Positions 10,501 to 20,551 of a stretch of DNA of 64,000 bases are shown here, in pieces (within the stretch, counting starts at the first letter, position 1; the number at the start of each line of letters is the position of its first letter). Under the pieces are notes generated by a model. The model was given only the letters and a program-made list of their open reading frames with translations. It was not told the DNA's origin and did no database searches. Position numbers and translations under genes: made by a program. Source of the stretch: Entomortierella parvispora E1425 (taxonomy: Eukaryota > Fungi > Mortierellomycota); NCBI GenBank assembly GCA_020891255.1, contig BQFW01000002.1, positions 2,914,001 through 2,978,000 on the forward strand. The letters are read 5' to 3'.

Positions 10501-12787
10501 AGTTGTCGGATATCAGTACCATCAAGAAACTCAACCCCGGAGCGAAGAGTAGCACCCAAAGTGTCTAAATCGCTGTCGTTCTTTCTTGAATCCAAGTATT
10601 CGATCGTCTCTGCCAGCCGGGCATCCAGCTTGGCGTTTCTTTGCAGCTCCTGTCCAACAGCGAAAGCGCGATAATTGCTAGCCGGATCTTGTGGATGCAA
10701 CTGCGACTGGCCCTGAGATGATAGAAGAGGAGGGATCGACACTGCCCCGCAATTGACGCCCTTTCGGATCAAATGAGAGAGACTTCGTATAAAAGCTCCA
10801 TATTTCTCGAAGAACTCCTTTGGCCTAATAAGCTCGTAGCCCGCATGGTCCACATAGTGAATGTGATTTAACCCAGAAGACTGCAGTGGGCGTGTATGTT
10901 GTCCACACTCGCACAAGAAGTAGACGCGGAACTGTTTGTGGTCGTTTTTGGTGGGCGAGGGTGGTGGGATAGAGCTCGAAGTCGAGAGTGTGCTCATGCG
11001 CCTGTTCAGTGCTGCTGTGCTGCTCGCATCTTGCTTTGAATCCACATCCACTGGTGGAAGAACGAGAAACAGCCTGGGGATCGGGTCCTCGTGCAATTCA
11101 TGGTTCTGGGTCAGAACTGACTGGACCTTATTTTGAACTTGCGTCGCTATTTCTGTCCAGTCTTGCTGCTGCTTTAACTTTTTTTCCAGTTGAGTCAATC
11201 TGCTGTTATTCAACAACTGGTCGTTTTGAAGATCCATCTCCGCCATGGACCGATGTTGATATTCTGAGATAAATTCATGGGTATCCTGAGGAGGAGACAG
11301 CTGGTTGGTTGGTGGGGAGAAGCCACGTAAAGCTCGCTTTTCATGGTCTAATATGTGAGGATCGTTTGTGTTGGGATATAGACGATGTTCCACATGGATA
11401 GGCTGCGTCAGGCTCGGAGCTGCCTTCGGGATAGATATTGGCGCTGTGACCATAGCATCCTTCGCATCCAGTCGCTTAAGGATCAGAGGAGCCACCGAAC
11501 CATGTTGCTGCTGTTGGGACGATTGATGTTGACTTTGCTGAAACTGCTGTTGCTGTTGAGACTGTGACCGTTGCTGTTGCTGTTGAGGCGGAGACCAGTG
11601 CTGTTGCTGCTGCTGCTGTTGATGCAGCTTTTGGTCCTGTTGTTGCAGTGTCGACGACTGATAATTCAAGTGCTGTGAACTAAGGGCACTGACATCCTGC
11701 CGAGGCGGTGGTGTACGGGGACCATAGTGAGCTAGATGGGAGTGCTGTTGATGCTGCTGGCTCATGTGCTGCGGAGAGTAATGCTGTGTGGTGTGGTGAC
11801 CGTGAATCTCTTGCGTAAGTGCACCAACCTGATCCGGCGCACGAGGCAATGCCTTGGGCTCATATACGGTTGATGGAGTGTATGTTGACGTTGAATACTG
11901 GGGCCCGCCAGTCAAAAACGGGAAGTCGTGCTGTTCCTGGATGGATGTCTTGGGCCCTTCTATGTTCAGCTCCTCCTTACTTTCCTTGGTGAGACTATTG
12001 ATGAGCGTCGTGTGGACAGTGGGAATAGCGCCGGAGGGTGGCGCAGCAGAGCTGAGTGAAGTATCCAAGGAAGAGTTGCAACCGCGTTTGTAATCCTCTT
12101 GGGACTGATCTTCCTCCAGGAGCTGAGGCGATAGCGACTCTTCTGGAACAATGGGTTCCTGGTCTGTAAAAGGAAGCGACGTGGAAGAGACTGTCGAGCC
12201 AGATGGGGTCTGGTCGTCACTCCCCGACTTGTCTTCTCCGTTCTGGTCTGGCTCCCCATCTTCCTTGAGGGTCGGCAACGGGCGGATGTTGGGGAAAGGC
12301 GGAGCAGAAGCTGGAGGCGAGGAGAAGGGCGAGACGAGACTGTTGGTGAGTGAGGACGAAGGGGTGGGAGGCGCTGTGGACTGAGGTGAGGGAATGGCAA
12401 TGGGGGCGCTGGCCATAGGCTTCAAGTGTTCGTCAGAGTTGAGGATGACATCGAGGATCTTGTTCTCCTGGTACCTGACACGCAGGGGCTCCACCCTGTG
12501 TCGGAGATGACAGGAACAGAAAGAAAGAATGAATATCGCGTTGCTCTGCGGAGCTTGTTGTCGCGTGCTGTTTGGCAATGAGCTGAAATGTACATGTGGA
12601 CATACCTTTGGAAATCAGGACCTCTGACGAAAGGATAATGGGCGCCATCGAGCTCTAGACATTCTGCACCCTTGAAATAGTGCAGTACATCTTGCATCAA
12701 GACAAAGAAATTGCCATCAACTTCCTCGGCCTGCACCTTCTTTATAGATGTGCCGAGTCGAATCTGCTGCAGATGCCGTGAGGCCAT
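7572..12787 (-). CDS. Giant LRR (RNI-like) protein with small N-terminal header, Q/P-rich linker and Roco-C-terminal-like domain; exons 12787-12606, 12495-7572
   Basis: Intron GTATGT(12605)..CACAG(12496) joins MASRHLQ...FQR to VEPLRVRY in frame. It has many RNI-type LRRs (LRRINLSNNGI, LDLGSNAIG, LNLESTGF, LNLANNGW, LDIGSNHLT, LNLNQNF). Confidence 0.85.
8319..8352. repeat. 12-bp tandem repeat (cccatagtgttg x about 3) encoding HYGQ/HYGK units in the LRR protein
   Basis: Directly visible. Confidence 0.85.
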
Positions 12788-13690
12788 GGGAGAGATGGAA
12801 TGACAAGAGTGACAGAGAGAGGAAGATTTTGGCAAAAAGGGTCGAGAGAGGAGCGGCGGTGTATGCAGGGGGAAACGAGAAGGTGGGGGGAATGGAGCAA
12901 AGAGACAGGTGGACAGGAACAACGGCAGGGAGGGCAAATTAGGTGAAGAAATGAAAGAGATAGCAGAAAGAAGAGCGCAAGAGAGAAGGAAGGGAGAAAG
13001 AGGGAAGGGAGCTTTGCCTCTTGTCCTTCTTTGCTCTGCTCAGGTGCTCTTTTGGTTCTTTGCTGTTTGGCGTGCGTCTACCCTAGGCTGCTGCTGTTGT
13101 TGTTTTGGTTGTTTTCTTGTCGATGGCAGCGATGATGCCAGTGCTGTTGTGCAACCACCCACTTGACCACTCATGGGCCAGACCCGAGAAAGCAAGCTAT
13201 GTGTCTTTGTCAGAGCCTTCATTGTCCTTGTTTATGGACCTTGACCGCCGCTCTGTCCTGCCCTGCTCTGCCTTCCCTTGCCCTGCCCCTCCCGTCAGAC
13301 ACTTTGACCAAGACGCGTGTCCACTTTCGTTCCAAGGTGATTATTTCGAGTCGAATCGGCGAAGCGATTCAGTTCATTGAGAGCTGCATGCAAGCAATGG
13401 AAAGATGAAGAAATGAACCCTCTTTCAGCCAGTCTGCAAAAGAAAGAGATAGGAAAAAAGCCAAAGTAAGGAAAAAGGGACGAATCGACTTTCTTGGCTT
13501 CAAAGTCAATGACCGACCCAACGGGATGCACTGCCACTTTTCACCTGCAGTTGCACCCCGTGAGAAACCAGAGAAAACGAGGCAAAAAGATAAAAAGTTG
13601 ACAGTGCGCAACTCCACTCTGCACGTGCTGTTGTTGACTTTGAGAGAAGCAAGGATATCGCAGCTTTTTTTTTTATTCCGGCATTCTCGC

Positions 13691-14973
13691 TCACTCCTCC
13701 TGGAGTGCGGCGACCTCGATCACTACCTTGCCAAAGTACTTGCCATCGAGATAATCCTGGTACACTGACGATGTCCTCTCCACCCCCTTCACAATTGTCA
13801 GCTGCTGAGACTTGAACTTGCCCTCGGCCACAAGAGGGCCAATCTCCTTCCAGAGGCGAGGGAACTTGTCCAAGTGCTTAAAAACTGTGAACCCATTCAT
13901 ACGCAGCGATTTGAAGATGAACTGCGACCAGTTCTTCATCACGTACGGCGCGGCCCCCGACTGCGAGATGTTGCCAATGGTGATAATCTGGCCCTCACTC
14001 TTGAGCTTTTCGATCGCGATATCAAGAGTCTCTCCACCAACAAGGTCGAAATATATGTCGACACCTTCTGAGGCGGCCTTGTAGAGTTCGGCACGCGAAT
14101 CTTGAGTCTTGTAATTGAACGCGTAATCAACGCCAATGTCCCGGAGAAGATACTGGATCTTCTCCTCTGAGCCTGCACTTCCTATCACGAACGCACCGTC
14201 GCGTTTGGCCAGGAAGCATAGAAAGGAGCCGACTGGACTGTGACAGAGAGACAAGAAATGGCAAACGAGGCCCACAAGGGGTGAGCGCAACGTCAACAAA
14301 AAATTAGCTTGTGCATGCAAATTGCCGCCATGAAATAAATGCGGGCGGAAAAAAAATGTGCACCTACCCTGCGGCAGAAGGCACATAAACAACTTGGTCC
14401 TTGTGGAACTTGACCAGCGAATCGACAGCGGCAAAGGCTGTCAGGCCATTCATGCCAAGAATATTGAGATAGTTCGCCAGGGCGATTTTGGGGTTGTGAG
14501 CGTCAGGAATAATAAAAAAGCCCTGGAGGTTGGAATGGCGGCTGTATTGTTCCCAGCCAATGGTCGACCCAAGGACAATGGACGAGACCGGGAAGGCCGA
14601 GCTCTTAGATGCGATCACCTCGGCTACTCCGAAACCAGAGACAACGGTGTCGAGTGGAGCAGCAGCACGGTCTCCATCTTTCTCAAATGAGAATCGCGTG
14701 TCTAACAAAAGAGAAGGAAGAGAGTGCGGGTCGATTCTCAATGTAAATTAGACTACCAATGGAGATCAAAGGTAATCGGGTAAGAAAAGGTAGAGTGAGA
14801 GGGTCTTCTTTACAAGGATCGAGACTGAGGTAGAGATTGCGAACCAGAATCTCGCCTTCGTTCAAGGTCGCATCAAACTCGACGTGGACTATCTTGAGGT
14901 CATCTTTGCTGAAAGCTTCGTCTTTGGCAATGTGCTTTGCTCGAAGGACACGGGTATTGGTGCTAGGTGCCAT
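13691..14973 (-). CDS. NADP-dependent oxidoreductase, zinc-independent MDR / prostaglandin-reductase-like; exons 14973-14814, 14701-14368, 14237-13691
   Basis: Spliced product has VRNLYLSLDPY, LGMNGLTA, SAAGPVG, GSAGSEEK, AFNYK and GVDIYFDLVGG, all typical of the PTGR/alkenal reductase family. Both GT-AG introns keep the frame. Confidence 0.92.
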
Positions 14974-15672
14974 GATTCAAATAGATGATGGAGGCAGGTG
15001 AGTTAGCGTGTGCAGGGTCAAGCGCAGGGCCAAGCGCCGTATTTATAATTGCTCGAGCGAGGCAAGCTGGCCCATCTGCCTATCCGCTGTCCATCTCCAC
15101 TCTCTCCATCAACCGGCCGACCTCTTTCCACGTTGCCCCTTCATGTAATAATTTGACTTGGTTGCGCAATGATAACCAATCCAAAGAACTCGACGAACCA
15201 AAGAAAGGAAAAATGGAACGACAGAGCAAGGCGCCAAAGCTTCCACCGCACGCCGCTGTCCATTTTCGGACACGCCGCACAAGGAGTTGTTTGTTTGACT
15301 ACGGAGTGGACAATAGCGTGGTGATTGTGCGGTCAGTGCTCCATCGAGACATGGGTCTGTTGTCTCCAACGTTTTGACGCGACAGATATGAAGTAGGTCT
15401 CCGCTGACCTTGGCTAGGACACGAACAAAGAAAAAAACTGGCCCCGGAGATGAAGTCCTTTGTTTTCTATCTTTGAAAGCAGCAGGCAAGCGGGGTGTGG
15501 TACCTCCCCATCAGCGCATCTTTCTGTGTCATCAGTATCAAATCCACAGTGTCTGGTCTTTCATTCTTTCCAATTCAGCGCTCCCCTGCTTTTTGTCTTT
15601 TTTCCACTTCTTTCTTTACTACCCATCATCACTTTCCCTCACCTCTATCCTTCCGCACTAACCCCTCACAAC

Positions 15673-17325
15673 ATGATATCTACTCGCTCTACCCCGCAGG
15701 ATTCTCTTTTGAAGAAAAGGGTTGGACGGTGCAGTCCAGTCCTAACCACGAGCCCGTCATCAGGACTGTCTACTCTGAACTCAGCTCTGACTACACGCGC
15801 CACTTCAAATGCAACTCCAGGAAAACCCAATCTTACCAGAACCACCTTGGACGAAGATCTTGTCAAAACAAACCCCTATATTGCCTTTGTCGCCAAGCGA
15901 ATTAGAACACTCAGAAAGCGTGTGGTAATGAAGCTGGCCCCGATGCTATTTGGATTGTGAATCATGGAAAGGCTGTTTTTGTAATTACTCCCTCGGTGTC
16001 TCATCTTCAACTAGGCACGGATTGAGACAACAGAGTCGATCCTGACCTCGGATCCCGATGCGAGGGACAAGATGGAACCTGCTCAGCTTGACGCAGTGGC
16101 TCGAAAACTTGATGCTGTCGCGCCTTTGCGGGAGTTGGAGGAGCTCATGAAGCTTATGAAAGTTCATCACGCCACAGTAGGAAAAAAAATCATTGTTTTC
16201 TTTCTTTGTCGGTGCCTGTGCTTTTTTTTTGGTTGTTCTGACCATTTAAAAAACTCTGCCTTTTTGTGCGACCAGGACACGAAAGCCGAAGCTGCAGATC
16301 AACCCAAAAAGCAACTGGAGGCGAAGGAGCGCAGTATGGACCACCACATGCCTGTCGATGCTTCAGTTGCGTGCTTTATCCAGCTAGTGAAACTCTTTTA
16401 TGTTCTGAAGCAGCTTGAAGACGCGGCAGAGTTCCTGGATAATGACTTGCTCAAAAGTTTACACGTTCTGGATACATTCCGCTCCAAGTTGTTTCTGGCG
16501 GCAGAGGTGGCAGAGCTTGGCGAAGACCAAGGCAGCCATCAATGGCTTCATGATATGGTGATGGATATGGTCAACAGAAGTTCCAAGCCCATTTCTGACG
16601 ACGATCCTAGGACTTGTAAGTTTTGTCGTACGGTTGAACTTGCCATACCAAGACATCCGAGTTCCCAACTGATACAAGTTTCTGTTTGCATGTAGTTTGT
16701 GAGGTTATCACTGAGCTGGACAATATTGTGTATCCAAAGACTGTTGGAGAGTCTCGTGGAAGCGCTGTTCTCCAGTCTGATGCCAGACCATCGAACCCAA
16801 CGTTTGATGGGCATGCGTTTCGAGATGTGGAAAGCCGGTCGACCGATCATCAGAAAAGGTCCGTCGAAGACTCGCTCTCCATTCGCCAGGCGCTTACCAT
16901 GCCCGATGGTTCGCTCCAATTACCCCATGCTGTGGTGATGAATGGACCCACTTCTTTGCAGGATGCCATGGAAGGAGCTCAGTCGGATGTCCAGAAGTAC
17001 TACAGTGATGAGGAACAACAAACCCGCGCTTATGTTCACCAAGAGTGGCATCGCTCTGGGGGTCTTGTCTCTGAGAACACGCATACTGTTCTTATAGACA
17101 CTCCAAACAGGAACAGTGCTGCTATGATAGCGCCTCTTCCCTCAAGGTCCATGACTCTGGATAAGTCAAGCGAAACCAACCCTAGCGGGCGTCGGACAGG
17201 TCGTCAGCGACGCCAGACATCTCGATATTTGGCTCGCGCAGGCGGAGTTCCCGTGCCATTATTGCAGCTCCAATACTCGGATGAGCCTCAGCACTTGCTC
17301 CCACCATTGAGCACACACACACCTC

Positions 17326-17356
<31 letters not shown>

Positions 17357-17813
17357 GCAACAACAGCAACAACAGCACCCGTTCTCAGACATAACGATGT
17401 TACAGCAGGGCGCCGGCTATCTACATTCAGAGTGGATGGACCAGCAGCAACAGCATCAGCAGCATCGGCCGGGCCGTTATGGTCATGTTCGCCCTTATCA
17501 CCACTCTCTCCACCCAGGGCAACCGCCGTTCTTGCAGCAGCCTCATCAGTTTTATCAGCCGCACCCATTCTACTTTGGGTACCACCCTGGATTTGATCCT
17601 GCCCATCCTCATGGTATTGGCTTTGATAGTGCGACAGATATCCGCGACTGGGCCGAGCCAGCTAAGACACACCCCGTGCAGGAAGAGGAAGCAGCAGGCT
17701 CCCAACCCCGAGCCTATGACAGCACAAGTCGAGGAGGAGGCAAGGGAGGCAAGGAAAGCCAGGGCGAACGCGGCACATCAACATACGAGCACAATCCCAA
17801 GTCTGATCTGTGA
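15673..17813 (+). CDS. Caprin-1/YAG7-like protein (N-terminal dimerisation helix, Q/H/P-rich tail); exons 15673-15924, 16015-16176, 16276-16615, 16696-17813
   Basis: NPYIAFVAKRIRTLRKRVARIE...MEPAQLDAVARK resembles the Caprin-1 dimer motif (KKLRNLEK...LNQDQLDAVSK). All three introns are GT-AG and keep the frame. Confidence 0.7.
17324..17375. repeat. (CAA/CAG)n poly-Q microsatellite in the Caprin-like gene
   Basis: Directly visible. Confidence 0.9.
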
Positions 17814-18412
17814 AAGGAGAAAAGAGCGCCGCCCCAAAACCGGGTGGAGACCCAACGGGTTCTCAGCTGGACAAAGGTTAGGTCAGGTCAGGTCAGCGCC
17901 ACATCCCGCTCTAAAAAATGTTTGCTGCAGTGCAGGTATCACAGCTGGACTGCAATTGCCTCGAAAGCACCGTTGCGCAGGAACGGAGTGTCGAAACAGC
18001 CATGAATAAAGAACAAAAGGAAACAAAAGAACAAGCGGAAGGATGGGCGCCACGACGCTAATGAAACTCAATTTGTGGAGTTTGCCACCCCTTAAAGAAA
18101 GCAAGCGGCCTGCAGTCCAGGCCTTTCAGGACCAGGAGAACAGCAAACAGGCACACAAAATGGGCACTTCCCCGGTATTCGTGAGGGACAGCGAGTTCCT
18201 CGGGACGAGAGACTGGGGGGAGAGGGGGGAGGAAAGAGATGACCACCATGGGCATATGTACTGCGTTGTGTTCATCTCTTTTCTTTGTCCGGTACAGCTC
18301 CTTCTTTCTTTCCTTTCGTCCAGCCGTACCATCCACAACCATACCCCCCTCTACTTGCCTCTTTCCATCTCAAACATCGGGCAGCTGAATCCACCTTCTA
18401 TTTGCTCGCATC

Positions 18413-20380
18413 ATGGCATCCACCGCCCTGACTGCGATCCCAACGACCCAACCGTCATGTGGGCCCATCTCTATGGCCCATTGGCAGCCAAACTGCAACA
18501 GTAACAGCAATAATGCCAACTCGTCCGAAGGGCCGATGGGATGCTTCATTCAACCCTCGGGCTTCTTCTGTGCGCCCATCGCAACCACCCGTGGCTTCCT
18601 TTATTCGCTCGATTCCAATGCTGCCGGGGGTAATGGCACCAGCAGTGGCAACAGCACCACTCCTTCCTACGTCCCCCGTCTCTCCATCGCCACCAACGAC
18701 AACAGCACGAACCCGTCGCCGCCCCTCCTGGGTGTAGATGGACAACCTGTCAACTACCAGGGCCCCGCGCGTCTCGGCCAAACCTGTCTCAGTATCCCTC
18801 TTCCACCTTCGACGGACCCGTTGTTTCAGACCCTGGTAACCGTGGCCAACCATCGACTAAACACTACCGTGGGCTACTCGCCTGGACTGGGCGCGGGGCT
18901 CGAGGTGCTCTCGCTCCGCGGCGATTGCGAGCAGGGGTCCTTTTGCGACCTCAGCCCTGCAACCGCTGTTGCTGGTCCTGGAGGGTCCAAAATCGGGGTC
19001 TGTCGAGAACAGCTGCCAAACTTCCATAACTGCACCTCATACATGCAATGCCTCTCCTTGCGATGCGATATACCGCCTCAAGATCCCGGAAGTGTGATCA
19101 CTCCTCCGGCCTACTTGCCCGAACCCCTGACCAAGCGGGCGACTGTCAAGGATGGCAATGGTGTGCCCGTTTGCATGGCCTCCAATATCGAGAAAGGTGA
19201 CAACGGTAGTGACCCAAATGGCAGCGGGGGAGGAAGCGGGAACGGGAACGGTAATGGGACCACTACCGGCAATATTGGAGGTGGAAAAGGGGGACATCTG
19301 GTCTCCTCAAAGTTCCCTACATGGGTGGGGGCCATCCTCGCCATGCTTGTGCTCTTGGGCGCGGCTGTGATCATTGGTCTGGCCCGGAGGAGGAAAAAGT
19401 TGCGGGACGAGAGGGAGAAGAAGCTGAAAAAGAATGGTCGGGGGGCCATGGGACCGAGAAACCGAGAACGGACCATCTCGTTCAACGAAAAGACAAATGG
19501 TGCTCTGTCTACTCCATTGAACCAAGGCAGCGACAACCAGGCAAACTCTGCCACCACTGGTATGTTTTCGTCCCTGTTTGCAAAAGGTCTCAAGGACCCC
19601 AACAAGAACGGCCCTAGCAACGTTGGTGCAAGACACAATCCCAACAAAAGGAAGAGCAAGAGCAAGAGCAAGAGACAGTCAATGGTTTTGTCCGCAGTCT
19701 CTTCAGAGACAAAAGCCTCGTCCTTTGTCGAGGATTCTATTATTTCGATGGATGAGCGTCAAGGAGGCGACGGCTACTCTGAATTCGAGCACAGCCATTT
19801 TGTGGATGGCACTGTTGCTGCCGACGTCAACCTGCCCTCTCCCACGATGACCGTTCGACCCTCGTCGGTGGCTTCGGCCAGCATGCATTCAGACAGGCGG
19901 GCTGAACCCTCGACTTCAGCCCCTGCTCCCCACAGCCCATCGTCGCGGCTCTCTGTCAGTATACCCCGGATCACGACCACTTTGACGGCCCCTGGTCCTC
20001 AGGATCGATTCCAAGACGGAGAGTCAGTGGTACCCCCAAGACACTCTTTTGGCGGACCTCCTTCCTTTATCTCGACCGCATCTGACCCCACTTCCTTGAC
20101 CTCGTTGGCCTTTTCGAGCTCTAGAAGTAGCTCGGACCGAGGACTCTTGACGCCAGTCAACGGTTCTGCAACACCACCTTTTTCTCCCTCGTATCCCTCT
20201 TCTCCTTCTTCAACCTCGCCGTCATCCTACATGCAGCTGCCTCATCAACAACAACCGCTGTCACCAGGATCCCCAGTGTCTCCCATTTCTCCCATTTCTC
20301 CAAGGCCACCGCTTTCCTCTGGCCCTTCTTCGAGGCTTTCGCATCGACAGAGCATACAAGCTCCGGTCCATCGGTCCTGA
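18413..20380 (+). CDS. Single-pass membrane protein with Cys-rich ectodomain and S/P-rich cytoplasmic tail
   Basis: 655-aa ORF with Cys clusters (CEQGSFC...CREQLPNFHNCTSYMQCLSLRC), TM helix WVGAILAMLVLLGAAVIIGLA followed by RRRKK, and a long disordered tail. Confidence 0.8.
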   Translation: MASTALTAIPTTQPSCGPISMAHWQPNCNSNSNNANSSEGPMGCFIQPSGFFCAPIATTRGFLYSLDSNAAGGNGTSSGNSTTPSYVPRLSIATNDNSTNPSPPLLGVDGQPVNYQGPARLGQTCLSIPLPPSTDPLFQTLVTVANHRLNTTVGYSPGLGAGLEVLSLRGDCEQGSFCDLSPATAVAGPGGSKIGVCREQLPNFHNCTSYMQCLSLRCDIPPQDPGSVITPPAYLPEPLTKRATVKDGNGVPVCMASNIEKGDNGSDPNGSGGGSGNGNGNGTTTGNIGGGKGGHLVSSKFPTWVGAILAMLVLLGAAVIIGLARRRKKLRDEREKKLKKNGRGAMGPRNRERTISFNEKTNGALSTPLNQGSDNQANSATTGMFSSLFAKGLKDPNKNGPSNVGARHNPNKRKSKSKSKRQSMVLSAVSSETKASSFVEDSIISMDERQGGDGYSEFEHSHFVDGTVAADVNLPSPTMTVRPSSVASASMHSDRRAEPSTSAPAPHSPSSRLSVSIPRITTTLTAPGPQDRFQDGESVVPPRHSFGGPPSFISTASDPTSLTSLAFSSSRSSSDRGLLTPVNGSATPPFSPSYPSSPSSTSPSSYMQLPHQQQPLSPGSPVSPISPISPRPPLSSGPSSRLSHRQSIQAPVHRS

Positions 20381-20551
20381 TCTTTAATAACAACTCATCC
20401 AATGCCCTTCCCTTTCCTTTCTTTTTTTTTTTTGCTCTGTACAATAATAAAGCCCTCGTAGGCTATTTATCAATAATTATTCTATTTTGTTTCAGCTGTA
20501 GAGGTGCTAAGGGAAGAGGCTCTCTCTCTGTCTCTCTGTCTCTCTCTCTCT

